From assembly GCA_965200895.1 (NCBI GenBank), contig CBDAVM010000001.1, positions 2,484,335-2,548,334 on the forward strand: 64,000 nt of DNA. Direction: 5' to 3'. Position 1 is the first letter of the stretch, and each line of letters starts with the position of its first letter. Positions 1-9,493 of the stretch are shown here, one piece after another. This DNA is from Vicinamibacterales bacterium. Its GTDB lineage: Bacteria > Acidobacteriota > Vicinamibacteria > Vicinamibacterales > UBA8438. Both the position numbers and the translations under genes were made by a program. Under the pieces are notes generated by a model, which ran no database searches, had not been told where the DNA came from, and saw nothing but the letters and a program-made list of their open reading frames with translations.

Positions 1-1
1 G

Positions 2-1711
2 ATGCCGAACGGGCGCGAGGGTTGGATCGGCGCCGGCGCGGTGGCCGGCGGGGCAGAAGCGTTGCTCGCGCCTGGGCGCAGCGGCCGGCGCGACGGGCTG
101 GCGGCCGGCGCCTTCGTCTGCGTGCTCGCGATGCTGACCGCCGGGTGCGCCGGGCCCGACGCCGGGGCGCCGGCCGCGACGGTAACGCTGTCCGCGCCGG
201 CGGGTTCGCCGCGCTGCGGAACCGGGCTCGCCGATCTTGATCGTCTTGGCCCCTCGGTGCAGGCGCAGGTCCGCGAGCGGCAGGCGGCGGTGACCGGGGT
301 GGGGGAGGGTGGCGCCGCCCGCGACGATGCGCCCGGCGCGGCCCAGGGCGCGCTCGGCATGATCCTGATGGCGGCGAGCCTCCCCGACGCGGCCGAGGCC
401 TGCTTCCGCGAGGCCGCGGCGGCGGCGCCGGACGAGGCCCGCTGGCTCTACCATCTCGCCCACCTGCGCCGGGAGGCGGGCGCGCTGCCGGAGGCGGCCG
501 CGCTGTTCGACGCGGTGCTCCGGCTGCGGCCCGACAACGTGGCGGCGCTCGTCCGGCTCGGCGACGTGCGTCTGGAGCAGGACCGTCCCGCCGCCGCCCG
601 ACCGTTCTTCGAGCAGGCCCTGGCGCTGCGGCCCGATTCCCTCTCCGCCCGCTACGGACTCGGCCGCGCGGCGCTGCTGGCCGGGGACCATCGCCGGGCG
701 ATCGACGTGCTGGAGGGGCTTCTGGCGCGTGATCCGACCGCCGCCGCCGCGCACTATCCGCTCGGCATGGCCTACCGCGCCCTCGGCGACCGCGCCCGCG
801 CGGAGGCGCACCTGCGGCGGCGGGGGCGCACGGCGCTCCGTCCCGCGGACCCGTGGATGGCGGAGGTCGACGCTCTGCTCGAGAGCGCGCGCGCCTACGA
901 GACACGCGGCAACGAGGCGCTGGACCGCGGCGAGTGGGGCGCGGCGGCCGATCTGTTCCGCCGCGGGCTGGCCCTTGCCCCGGACAACCCGGCGCTGCGG
1001 CAGCGGCTGGGGACGGCGCTCTACCTGCAGGGCGATGCGGCCGGGGCGCGGGCCGAGTTCGAGCGGGTGACGCGCGAGGCGCCCGACTTTCCCGCGGCGC
1101 ACTACAGCATCGGCGTGCTGCTGCAGGAACAGGGGCGCCACCGCGCGGCGATCGAGCGGTTCGAGACGGCGCTCCGCTATCGGCCCACCGATGGCGAGGT
1201 GCGCCTGCAGTTGGCCCGGAGTCTGCGCCGCGCGGGCGATCCGGGCGCGGCGCTCGAGCACTACCGGGCCGTGCTGCGGATGGCGTCCGACAACGTCGAC
1301 GCGCGCTTCGGCAGCGCCATGGCGCTGGTGCAGCTCCGGCGTCACCGCGAGGCCCGCGACCGGCTGGCGGCGGGGATGGAGGCCGTTCCGGGCGCCTCCG
1401 TCTTCCCGCACGCGCTGGCCCGGCTGCTCGCCGCCGCGCCCGACCCGGCGGTGCGCGATGGCCGGCGGGCGCTGCGGCTCGTCGAGCAGCTCGCGCAGGC
1501 GGAGCGCACCATCGACCTTGGCGAGACGATGGCCATGGCGCTGGCCGAGCTGGGGCGCTACGGAGAGGCCGCCGCCGTGCAGCGCGACCTGATCGCCGCC
1601 GCCGAGGCCGAGGGAATGCGGGGCATGGTTCCCCGCTTGGCCGCCAACCTCCGCCTCTACGAGCAGGGCCGGCCGAGCCGCACGCCCTGGCCGGCGGACG
1701 CCGTGCCGTGA
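2..1711 (+). CDS. TPR-repeat lipoprotein (TPR-0; paralog of 15589..17268)
   Basis: 569-aa ORF with a lipobox-like LTAGC after a hydrophobic stretch and TPR-type helical repeats. Long by-eye alignment to 15589..17268 (SLSARYGLGRAALL vs SLSARYGLARTALL; HYPLGMAYRALGD vs HYPLGMAYRGLGD). Same tail: NLRLYEQGRPSRTPWPADAVP vs NLRRYERGEPCRTPWPAEAMP. The start gATGCCGAAC mirrors the coupled start tgATGCCGGAAC of the paralog. Confidence 0.8.
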   Translation: MPNGREGWIGAGAVAGGAEALLAPGRSGRRDGLAAGAFVCVLAMLTAGCAGPDAGAPAATVTLSAPAGSPRCGTGLADLDRLGPSVQAQVRERQAAVTGVGEGGAARDDAPGAAQGALGMILMAASLPDAAEACFREAAAAAPDEARWLYHLAHLRREAGALPEAAALFDAVLRLRPDNVAALVRLGDVRLEQDRPAAARPFFEQALALRPDSLSARYGLGRAALLAGDHRRAIDVLEGLLARDPTAAAAHYPLGMAYRALGDRARAEAHLRRRGRTALRPADPWMAEVDALLESARAYETRGNEALDRGEWGAAADLFRRGLALAPDNPALRQRLGTALYLQGDAAGARAEFERVTREAPDFPAAHYSIGVLLQEQGRHRAAIERFETALRYRPTDGEVRLQLARSLRRAGDPGAALEHYRAVLRMASDNVDARFGSAMALVQLRRHREARDRLAAGMEAVPGASVFPHALARLLAAAPDPAVRDGRRALRLVEQLAQAERTIDLGETMAMALAELGRYGEAAAVQRDLIAAAEAEGMRGMVPRLAANLRLYEQGRPSRTPWPADAVP

Positions 1712-1719
1712 GGAGGTTC

Positions 1720-1737
1720 TGTGTGCTATGTGTGCTA
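1720..1737 (+). repeat. Perfect tandem 9-mer TGTGTGCTA x2 in the 80-nt leader of the first TonB-dependent receptor gene
   Basis: Read directly: TGTGTGCTATGTGTGCTA. A -10-like TACAAT lies at 1755..1760. AGGAGG at 1782..1787 precedes the ATG at 1792. Confidence 0.4.
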
Positions 1738-1791
1738 TCGTGACGCCCTGTCGGTACAATAACAGCGGAAGATCGAGGAGTAGGAGGATCC

Positions 1792-4700
1792 ATGAGACGT
1801 TCATTCACGGTCGCCACGGCGCTGGCTGCCCTGGCCCTCGCGCCGGCCGCCGCGTTCGGGCAGGCCGGCAGCCAGATCATCGGTGAGGTCACCGACAACA
1901 CGGGCGGCATCCTGCCCGGCGTCACCGTCGAGGCGTCGAGTCCGGCGCTGATCGAAGGGAGCCGCGTCGCGATCAGCGACGGGGTGGGCCGCTACACCAT
2001 CGTCGACCTGCGGCCCGGCCTCTACACCGTCACCTTCACGTTGCCCGGCTTCTCGACCGTGGTGGTCGAGAACCAGGAGCTGCCGGCCGGCTTCGTGGCG
2101 ACGGTCGATGCCGTGCTCTCGGTCGGCGCCCTCGAGGAGACGGTGACCGTCTCCGGCGAGGCGCCGGTCGTGGACGTGGCGACCACCCGCCGGGTCGAGG
2201 TGCTCGACCGCGAGGTGCTCGACGCCATCCCGACCGGCAACAACCTGCAGTCGACCGCGCAGTTGATCCCGGGCATCAAGCTGAACCGGCCGGAGGTCGG
2301 CCTGACCACCGCGGCCCAGCAGACCTACATGTCGGTGCACGGCATGAGCGTCCGCCAGACCACGGTCGCCGTCGACGGCCAGCTCGTCATGAGCTCGGGC
2401 TACGACGGGGCGAACCAGAACTACAACAACCATCTCGCCAACCAGGAGATGGTCTACGAGACCAGCGGCATCTCGGCCGAGACCTCGGCCGGGGGCGTGC
2501 GGATCAACATGATCGGCCGCGAGGGCGGCAACACGCTGAGCGGGCAGCAGTACTTCGGCTTCAGCCAGTCCGGGCTGCAGCAGGACCAGCTCACCCAGCG
2601 GCTCGAGGATCGCGGCGCCAGCTCGCGCGAGTCGATCGACCTGATCTACGACTTCAACAACGCCCTCGGCGGTCCCATCGTCCGCGACCGGTTCTGGTTC
2701 TTCGGCAGCTTCCGCCGCTTCGAGATCGACAAGCCGACCACCAACAGCTTCACCCGCAGCGACGACGGGTCGGTGCCGCGCTACTTCCTGCACTCGCGCT
2801 ACGGCGTCGACGCCGACGGCGTCGACTTCAGCCAGAAGCTGCCCGGGGTCGACGACAACAGCGTCACCAGCGGCCTGCTGCGCCTGACCACGCAGATCAA
2901 CCAGAACAACAAGTTCTCGGTCTACATGGACCGCATCATCAAGCAGCGCTTCCACAACCACGGCTCGGTCCAGGACGTGGCGACCGCCGCGCGGCACCAC
3001 GGCTCGCCCCTCTACTACGTGGGGTCGGCGAAGTGGACGGCGACGCTCAGCAGCCGGCTGCTGCTCGAGGCGGGGTATTCGACCAACGTCGAGAACTGGA
3101 GCAACATCGACTCGGAGGACGACGTGCCGTTCGCGCCGGGGCCGTCGCTGACGCCGGGCGGCCGGCACACGCAGCCGCTGCCGGGGGGGCTGGCCACCTG
3201 TCAGGACACACCCTGCTATCCGGGCGTGATGGGGTATCCCGGCCTGAGCATGCCGGGGTCGATGAACCAGTACGGCTCGACCATCGATCCCTGGTACGCA
3301 GTCACCCACCGGCGCGAGAAGACCAACGGCTTCGAGGACCGCTACCACTGGGGCGACAGCCACGCCTATGTCGAACGGTTCAACTACAACACGTCGATGT
3401 CGTACGTCACCGGGTCGCACAACCTGAAGATCGGCCTGATGAGCAGTTGGGGGCCGTTCCTCGAGGACCTGAAGAAAAACGGCGCCCTGCGGCAGGAGTA
3501 CCGCGACGGCATTCCGACGACGGTGCGGGTGACGAACCACCCGACCTACTTCAAGATGTCGTTCCGCGACGTCGGCACCTACGTGCAGGACACCTGGACC
3601 ATCGACCGGCTGACGCTGAACCTCGGCGTGCGCTGGGAGACGTTCGCCTCGCACATCGAGGAGACGCCGGCGACGCTGCGGCGGTTCACCAACTGGGACC
3701 AGGCGTTCCCACAGCAGCGGAACGTGCCCAAGTGGACCGACTGGGCGCCGCGCCTGGGGATGGCCTACGACCTGTTCGGCGACGCATCGACCGCGCTGAA
3801 GTTCTCGTGGGGACGCTACAACGCGTCGAACATCTTCAACTACGCGCGCGACTTCCATCCCGGCGGCTGGCAGCACCACGAGCGCGACTGGTTCGACTGC
3901 GCGCTCAGCCCGGCCACCCGCAACACGTGCGCGACCTTCTCCGAGCTGGAGGCGATCTCGCCGGGGCTGGGCGCCGTCGCCTACGGCAGCCGTGACCCGA
4001 ACATGGTCTACGAGAAGGGCGTGGCCGGCTACACGGGCCACCAGCAGCACGGCGGCACCAACGGCGACGACTACGTCCAGGACTGGGAGGTCGGCGTGAC
4101 CGCGGATCCGGGATTCGGCGGCCCCATCGGCCGGCCCCGGCAGGACCCGGACGGCGTGGCCCGACCCTGGGCGTCGCTGTTCAACGCGGGGATCCAGCGC
4201 GAGCTCATCCCGGGGCTGTCGGCGAGCTTCAACTGGTACCGCCGCCACAGCTATGACGGCATCCTGCAGCGCAACGCCGCCATCGGGCTGAACGACTACG
4301 TGCCGTTCCAGATCGCCAATCCCTGCGGTCCGGGCACTCTGGAGGGGAACGCCGTCGGCATGGCGCCCAGCGGCTTCCCGTGCACCACGCGCGGCAACAC
4401 CGCACAGTCGATGCTGACGGTCTACAGCCTGACCGACGAGGCCCGCGCGCGGACGCCCGACCACCTCGTCATCAACACCTACGGCGACGACGGCTACTCC
4501 GACGTCTACAACGGCTTCGAGACCGCGTTCAACGCCCGGCTGCCCAACGGGACCAACATCTTCGGCGGCTGGACGATGGAGCGCAACCTGCTCACCCGCT
4601 GCGACACGCGGGACGATCCCAACGAGCTGATGTTCTGCGACCCGACAGGCGCGTGGGGGCCGGACTCCTACGGGGGCTACGGTGTGCCCTGGCTGAACGA

Positions 4701-5175
4701 GTTCAAGCTGTCGGGCACGCTTCCGCTGCCGGGCGGCTTCACGTTCAGCGGCTCGCTGCAGTCGTACAACCCGCGCGAGCTGGTCGTGGGCGGCGGCGGC
4801 GGCCAGAGCGCGGGCGGCCTCAACGGCGGCGGCGAGCTCGAGGGCAGCCTCACCCGCACGGGCAACGTGCGCTGGAACGTGCCGAAGAACGACACGTACT
4901 ATCCCGAGGGCGTGCCCCGGACGCAGACCATCACCATCCCGCTGATGGCGCCCGGGTCGGCCTTCCTCGACCGCCTGAACCAGATCGACATCTCGATCCG
5001 CAAGGTGTTCGAGCTGGGCAACGGCATGCGCTTCGACGTGCAGGCCGACATCTACAACATCATCAACGGCGACCCGATCATCGAGGGCACCAACTTCTTC
5101 GGCAGCTCCATGGGCAACGTCACCCGCACGGTCCAGGGGCGCTTCCTGCAGTTGGCGACCAACATCCACTGGTAG
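1792..5175 (+). CDS. TonB-dependent receptor with N-terminal carboxypeptidase-regulatory-like domain (TBDR-1)
   Basis: 1127 aa with signal peptide ALAALALAPAAAFGQ. CarboxypepD_reg-like module GEVTDNTGGILPGVTVEASSPALIEGSRVAISDGVGRYTIVDLRPGLYTVTFTLPGFSTVV, then a plug-like segment and a long beta-rich body. C-terminal aromatic residue (LATNIHW). Strong SD AGGAGG. Confidence 0.85.
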   Translation: MRRSFTVATALAALALAPAAAFGQAGSQIIGEVTDNTGGILPGVTVEASSPALIEGSRVAISDGVGRYTIVDLRPGLYTVTFTLPGFSTVVVENQELPAGFVATVDAVLSVGALEETVTVSGEAPVVDVATTRRVEVLDREVLDAIPTGNNLQSTAQLIPGIKLNRPEVGLTTAAQQTYMSVHGMSVRQTTVAVDGQLVMSSGYDGANQNYNNHLANQEMVYETSGISAETSAGGVRINMIGREGGNTLSGQQYFGFSQSGLQQDQLTQRLEDRGASSRESIDLIYDFNNALGGPIVRDRFWFFGSFRRFEIDKPTTNSFTRSDDGSVPRYFLHSRYGVDADGVDFSQKLPGVDDNSVTSGLLRLTTQINQNNKFSVYMDRIIKQRFHNHGSVQDVATAARHHGSPLYYVGSAKWTATLSSRLLLEAGYSTNVENWSNIDSEDDVPFAPGPSLTPGGRHTQPLPGGLATCQDTPCYPGVMGYPGLSMPGSMNQYGSTIDPWYAVTHRREKTNGFEDRYHWGDSHAYVERFNYNTSMSYVTGSHNLKIGLMSSWGPFLEDLKKNGALRQEYRDGIPTTVRVTNHPTYFKMSFRDVGTYVQDTWTIDRLTLNLGVRWETFASHIEETPATLRRFTNWDQAFPQQRNVPKWTDWAPRLGMAYDLFGDASTALKFSWGRYNASNIFNYARDFHPGGWQHHERDWFDCALSPATRNTCATFSELEAISPGLGAVAYGSRDPNMVYEKGVAGYTGHQQHGGTNGDDYVQDWEVGVTADPGFGGPIGRPRQDPDGVARPWASLFNAGIQRELIPGLSASFNWYRRHSYDGILQRNAAIGLNDYVPFQIANPCGPGTLEGNAVGMAPSGFPCTTRGNTAQSMLTVYSLTDEARARTPDHLVINTYGDDGYSDVYNGFETAFNARLPNGTNIFGGWTMERNLLTRCDTRDDPNELMFCDPTGAWGPDSYGGYGVPWLNEFKLSGTLPLPGGFTFSGSLQSYNPRELVVGGGGGQSAGGLNGGGELEGSLTRTGNVRWNVPKNDTYYPEGVPRTQTITIPLMAPGSAFLDRLNQIDISIRKVFELGNGMRFDVQADIYNIINGDPIIEGTNFFGSSMGNVTRTVQGRFLQLATNIHW

Positions 5176-5190
5176 GGCGCATCGCCGACC

Positions 5191-5264
5191 CCGGCCGCGC
5201 GTGATGTGCGCGCGGCCGGTTCCACTGCGCGGGCCGGGAAGCCAGGCTGCTCTTCCCGGCCCGC
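5191..5264 (+). terminator. Two consecutive GC-rich hairpins after TBDR-1
   Basis: Hairpin 1: CCGGCCGCGCG-tgatgtg-CGCGCGGCCGG (5191..5219). Hairpin 2: GCGGGCCGGGAAG...CTTCCCGGCCCGC (5229..5264), followed by a T-containing tail gcttccttcg. Confidence 0.5.
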
Positions 5265-5458
5265 GCTTCCTTCGTACCTCTCTGCAAGGGGCGGCGCGCA
5301 GCGTGCAGCGGCCCGGAATCCAGAATTCTGAATCCCGATTGCTGAATCTTCGCCTCGACAGCGCCTCGGCCGCCGATTCGCTCTGCAAGCCGCACGGCCC
5401 GTTCAGGTCGTAATCTGCGGGGCGCGCGCGGTCCGGAGGACGACGGCGCGGCGTCCCC

Positions 5459-5477
5459 GTGTTACCTGGGTGTTACC
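5459..5477 (+). repeat. Direct repeat GTGTTACC-tgg-GTGTTACC upstream of TBDR-2
   Basis: Read directly at 5459..5466 and 5470..5477. It lies about 110 nt upstream of the ATG at 5590. A -10-like TAAAGT follows about 20 nt downstream. Confidence 0.35.
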
Positions 5478-5589
5478 GGATCGTTTCTTGCGGTAAAGTA
5501 GGCTGCGGAGCAGCCAGGACGACAGGTCGTCCGAACATCGAACGCCCAGGGCGGCCGGGACCGGCGCAACACACAGGAGGGAGGACTCC

Positions 5590-8500
5590 ATGAGACGATC
5601 GTGGAATTTCACGGCGGTCGCTGCGCTGGCCGCGGTGGCGCTGGCGCCCGGGTGGGGGCACGCGCAGCCGGCCAGCCAGTTCACCGGCGTGGTCACCGAC
5701 AACACGGGCGGCATCCTGCCCGGCGTTACCGTCGAGGCGTCCAGCCCGGCGCTGATCGAAGGCAGCCGCGTCGCCTTCACCGACGGCGCGGGCCGCTACC
5801 TGCTGGTCGACATGCGACCCGGGATCTACACCGTCACCTTCACGCTGCCCGGCTTCTCGACCGTCGTGGTCGAGCAGCAGGAGCTGCCGGCCGGCTTCAC
5901 GGCCAACGTCGACGCCGTACTGTCGGTCGGCGCCCTCGAGGAGACGATCACCGTCTCGGGCGAGGCGCCGGTGGTCGACGTGCAGTCGATCAGCCAGGCC
6001 GAGGTGCTCGACCGCGAGGTGCTTGACGCCATTCCGACCGGCCGCAACCTGCAGTCGACGGCGCAGCTCATTCCGGGCGTCAAGATGAACCGCCCGGAGG
6101 TGGGTCTGACGACCGCGGCGCAGCAGACCTACATGTCGGTGCACGGCATGAGCAATCGGCAGACCACCGTCATGGTCGACGGCCAGCTCGTCATGAGCTC
6201 GGGCGGCGACGGGGCGGTGCAGAACTACAACAACCAGCTCGCCGCGCAGGAGATGGTCTACGAGACGAGCGGCATCTCGGCCGAGACGTCGACCGGCGGC
6301 GTGCGCATCAGCATGATCCCGCGCGAGGGCGGGAACACGCACAGCGGCCAGAACTACTTCGGGTTCACCGAGAGCACGCTGCAATCGAACAACCACCACC
6401 AGTGGCTCATCGATCGCGGGCTCACCTCGGTCGAGTCGGTCGACTACGTCTACGACCTGAACGTCGCCCACGGCGGCCCGATCATCCGCGACAAGCTGTG
6501 GTTCTTCGGCAGCGGCCGGCGCTTCAGCATCAACGTGCCGGTGACCGACAGCTTCTACAAGAACGAAGAGGGCACGGCGCCGCGCTACATGCAGGACAGG
6601 AAGTACCCCGACGGCACCGAGGGACTCCGGCCGGGCATCAACGACGATCGCATCACGAGCGGCCTGCTCCGCCTGACGTATCAGGTGAGCCAGAACAACA
6701 AGTTCTCGGCCTACCTCGACCGCATCATCAAGCAGCGCTTCCACGACTACGACGCCCGCGTCGACGTCGGCACCGCGTCGCGGCACCACGGCTCGCCGAT
6801 CTACTACGTCGGCGCGGCCAAGTGGACATCGACGCTGAGCAGCCGGCTGCTGCTCGAGGTGGGCTACTCGTCCAATGTCGAGAACTGGAGCAACGTTGAC
6901 CAGGAGGCCGACGTGCCGAACGGGCCGGGCTACGGGCTGCGTGGCGGCGCCGTCGGCCCGCACACGCAGCAGTTCGAGGCGGGTTGGCCGACATGCGTGG
7001 CGACGCCCTGCTATCCGGGCGTCGACGGCTATCCGTCCCTGGGCAGCGGGGCGCTGATGGCGCAGCTTCCGGGCAGCGGCGTCGACGGGGGGGGAGTGCA
7101 CCCATTCTACGCGAATACGCTGCGGCGTGACATCCCCAACGACTTCGCCGACCGCTACCACTGGGGCAACCGGTACGCGTACGTCGAGCGCTTCAACACC
7201 AATTCCTCGCTGTCGTACGTCACCGGGTCGCACAACCTGAAGGTCGGCGTCATGAACAGTTGGGGGCCGTTCCGCCTGATCGAGGACATCAACGGCGCCC
7301 TGCGGCAGCGCTACCGGGACGCGATCCCGTACCAGATCAACCGCAACAACCACGCCATCGACTACTCCCTCGGGTACCGGGACCTCGCCGCCTACGTGCA
7401 GGACACCTGGACGATAGACCGCCTGACGCTCAACCTCGGGCTGCGGTGGGAGACGGTCAACGGGACGGTCGATCCGACGAACCGTCTGTACCCGACGCGG
7501 TTCACGAACCCGGCCGTGTTCCCCGGCAAGGAGAACGTCCCGAACTGGACCAACATCGCGCCGCGGATCGGCTTGGCCTACGACCTGTTCGGCGACGCCT
7601 CGACGGCCCTGAAGTTCTCGTGGGGGCGTTACAACGCGGCAGTCACCCACAGCCTGGCCGACCGGCTGCACACCGGCAAGGCCCAGTGGCAGTCACTGGC
7701 GTGGTTCGACTGCGCGATGATCACGACGCGGCACGGCAGCGCCTCCAACCGTTGCGCGACGCTCGACGAACTCGAGATGCTCTCGCCGGGTCTCGGCGCG
7801 GTGGCCTACGGCAACTCGGGCCTCGCCGACTGGGGTGACGCCAGGGTGGCCGGCTCGGTTCCGGGCCACGGCACCAACGGCGACGACTACGTGCAGGACT
7901 GGGAAATCGGCCTCGGCCCCGCCGACTTCGGTGATCCGACGTCGACCCCGACTCTCGACCCCAATCTCCAGCGGCCCTGGGTGGGGTTGACCAACATCGG
8001 CATCGAGCGCGAGCTGTGGCCGGGACTGTCGGCCAGCTTCAACTATTACCGCCGCGACAGCTACGGCGCGCTGCTGGAAGTGAACCGGGCAATCTCGGCC
8101 TCGGACTTCACGCTCTTCCAGTTCGCCAACCCGTGCGCCGCCAATCCGACCCCCGGCCCGGGCGGTTTCGGCTGCACCACCAACGGATCCGCCATTCCGG
8201 CGACGCTGCCGGTGTACGTGCTGAACCCCGAAGCGCAGGGGCGACCAAGGGACCGGGTCTACACGAACACCAATGCGGACACCGGGTACACCGAGGTCTA
8301 CAACGGGTTCGAGAGCGGCTTCAACGCGCGGCTGCCGAACGGGACCACCCTCTTCGGCGCCTACACGTTCGAGCGGAACATCATCACCCGCTGCGACTCG
8401 CGGGACAATCCGAACCGCTGGCTCTTCTGTGATCGGTCCGGGATGCATCCAATCACCGGTCAGGATGTGGGCCCGTCGTACGACATGCCGTGGCTGCACG

Positions 8501-8976
8501 AGTTCAAGCTGTCCGGCACCGTGCCGCTGCCCGGCGACTTCCAGTTCAGCGCGACCCTCCAGTCGTACACCCCGCGCGAGCTGCTCGCCACCACGAGCTT
8601 CGCCGGCGACAGCGCGTCGGGGCTCAACGGCGGCGGCGGGTTGTGGGGCGGTCTGCTGGCGCTCGGCAACGTCGGCTACTCGGTCAAGAAGGCGGAGATC
8701 GAGGCGGCCGGCGTGCCCTTCACGAGCAGCCCCTACATCCCGCTGATGCAGCCCGGCTCCACCTACCTCAGCCGGTTGAACCAGTTCGACATCTCGGTCC
8801 GCAAGGTGTTCGATCTGGCCGGCGGCCGGCGCCTCAACGTGCAGGCCGACGTCTACAATCTGCTCAACGGCGGTCCGGTGCTCGAGGCGGTCAACGCCTA
8901 CGGTGGCAGCACCGGCCGGCCGCGCCGGACCATCCAGGGTCGGTTCGTGCAGTTCGCGACACACCTCTACTGGTAG
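5590..8976 (+). CDS. TonB-dependent receptor with carboxypeptidase-regulatory-like domain (TBDR-2; tandem paralog of TBDR-1)
   Basis: 1128 aa, colinear with TBDR-1 (GVVTDNTGGILPGVTVEASSPALIEGSRVAFTDGAGRYLLVDMRPGIYTVTFTLPGFSTVV; shared ARLPNGT, WLxEFKLSGT, RLNQxDISxRKVF). Ends in FATHLYW. SD GGAGGGAGG. Confidence 0.85.
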   Translation: MRRSWNFTAVAALAAVALAPGWGHAQPASQFTGVVTDNTGGILPGVTVEASSPALIEGSRVAFTDGAGRYLLVDMRPGIYTVTFTLPGFSTVVVEQQELPAGFTANVDAVLSVGALEETITVSGEAPVVDVQSISQAEVLDREVLDAIPTGRNLQSTAQLIPGVKMNRPEVGLTTAAQQTYMSVHGMSNRQTTVMVDGQLVMSSGGDGAVQNYNNQLAAQEMVYETSGISAETSTGGVRISMIPREGGNTHSGQNYFGFTESTLQSNNHHQWLIDRGLTSVESVDYVYDLNVAHGGPIIRDKLWFFGSGRRFSINVPVTDSFYKNEEGTAPRYMQDRKYPDGTEGLRPGINDDRITSGLLRLTYQVSQNNKFSAYLDRIIKQRFHDYDARVDVGTASRHHGSPIYYVGAAKWTSTLSSRLLLEVGYSSNVENWSNVDQEADVPNGPGYGLRGGAVGPHTQQFEAGWPTCVATPCYPGVDGYPSLGSGALMAQLPGSGVDGGGVHPFYANTLRRDIPNDFADRYHWGNRYAYVERFNTNSSLSYVTGSHNLKVGVMNSWGPFRLIEDINGALRQRYRDAIPYQINRNNHAIDYSLGYRDLAAYVQDTWTIDRLTLNLGLRWETVNGTVDPTNRLYPTRFTNPAVFPGKENVPNWTNIAPRIGLAYDLFGDASTALKFSWGRYNAAVTHSLADRLHTGKAQWQSLAWFDCAMITTRHGSASNRCATLDELEMLSPGLGAVAYGNSGLADWGDARVAGSVPGHGTNGDDYVQDWEIGLGPADFGDPTSTPTLDPNLQRPWVGLTNIGIERELWPGLSASFNYYRRDSYGALLEVNRAISASDFTLFQFANPCAANPTPGPGGFGCTTNGSAIPATLPVYVLNPEAQGRPRDRVYTNTNADTGYTEVYNGFESGFNARLPNGTTLFGAYTFERNIITRCDSRDNPNRWLFCDRSGMHPITGQDVGPSYDMPWLHEFKLSGTVPLPGDFQFSATLQSYTPRELLATTSFAGDSASGLNGGGGLWGGLLALGNVGYSVKKAEIEAAGVPFTSSPYIPLMQPGSTYLSRLNQFDISVRKVFDLAGGRRLNVQADVYNLLNGGPVLEAVNAYGGSTGRPRRTIQGRFVQFATHLYW

Positions 8977-8990
8977 GGGATCGTCCGGGT

Positions 8991-9059
8991 ACCGGTCGCG
9001 CGTGCTGCACGCGCGACCGGTCGTTTCAAGGGCCGGGAGGCGATGACGCCTCCCGGCCC
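8991..9059 (+). terminator. Two consecutive hairpins after TBDR-2
   Basis: Hairpin 1: ACCGGTCGCGCGTG-ctg-CACGCGCGACCGGT (8991..9021). Hairpin 2: GGGCCGGGAGGCG-atga-CGCCTCCCGGCCC (9030..9059), followed by ttctttgcttg. Confidence 0.55.
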
Positions 9060-9493
9060 TTCTTTGCTTGCGCCGCGGGCGAGCGCAGGGCCGGCGTGGC
9101 CACCGAGTACGGTACCGATCCCCTTGGCGACATGGAAACGGCCCCCTTCCGGGGATGAGTCAGCCGGATGAAGGGATGCGAACACCTCCTCCATGAAGAG
9201 GGACAAGTGTCCAGGAACCGGGGCAATTCCACCGGAGCGCGGCGCTTGCTCCGGAGTCCGGGCGCAGGCTACGATCCTGCGTCCCGTCACGGTCTCGGAA
9301 CGTGGCGTGCGATGGAGTGTCCCGGGTCGGAGGCGGCACCGGCCGAACACGATACCGAAGGCCAGTTGCGCAAGGGCACTCGAGCGCGGTCGTACTGCCC
9401 AGTGCGTCGCGGTGCAAGGATCGCCGGCCGCGCCGGCCGAAGCACGGCGATGCAGGCACCACAACTGGAGGTCGCTTGCAAACAGGCTTGAGA

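Noticed and set aside
1801-5388. A 1195-aa ORF antisense to TBDR-1. Similar giant antisense or out-of-frame ORFs lie at 5473..7671, 10149..12755, 17406..20309, 41725..45429, 46624..48696, 54763..56568 and 57292..59238.
   Set aside because: They are Arg/Ala/Pro/Gly-dominated low-complexity translations, as expected for stop-poor alternative frames at about 70% GC. None has a signal, SD or domain motif. Each one lies opposite a gene with clear family signatures.
9190-9460. Possible cobalamin riboswitch. Fragments include AGAGGGA...GGGGCAATTCC...GGAGCGCGGCGC, a later TACTGCCCAGTG, and GGCCGAAGCACGGCG, which resembles a B12 box.
   Set aside because: The matches to the conserved core and B12 box are partial (GGGG for GGTG, GCAC for GACC). 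The spacing between elements is much longer than usual. The downstream genes have no B12 link. Only an Infernal/Rfam scan could rescue this call.
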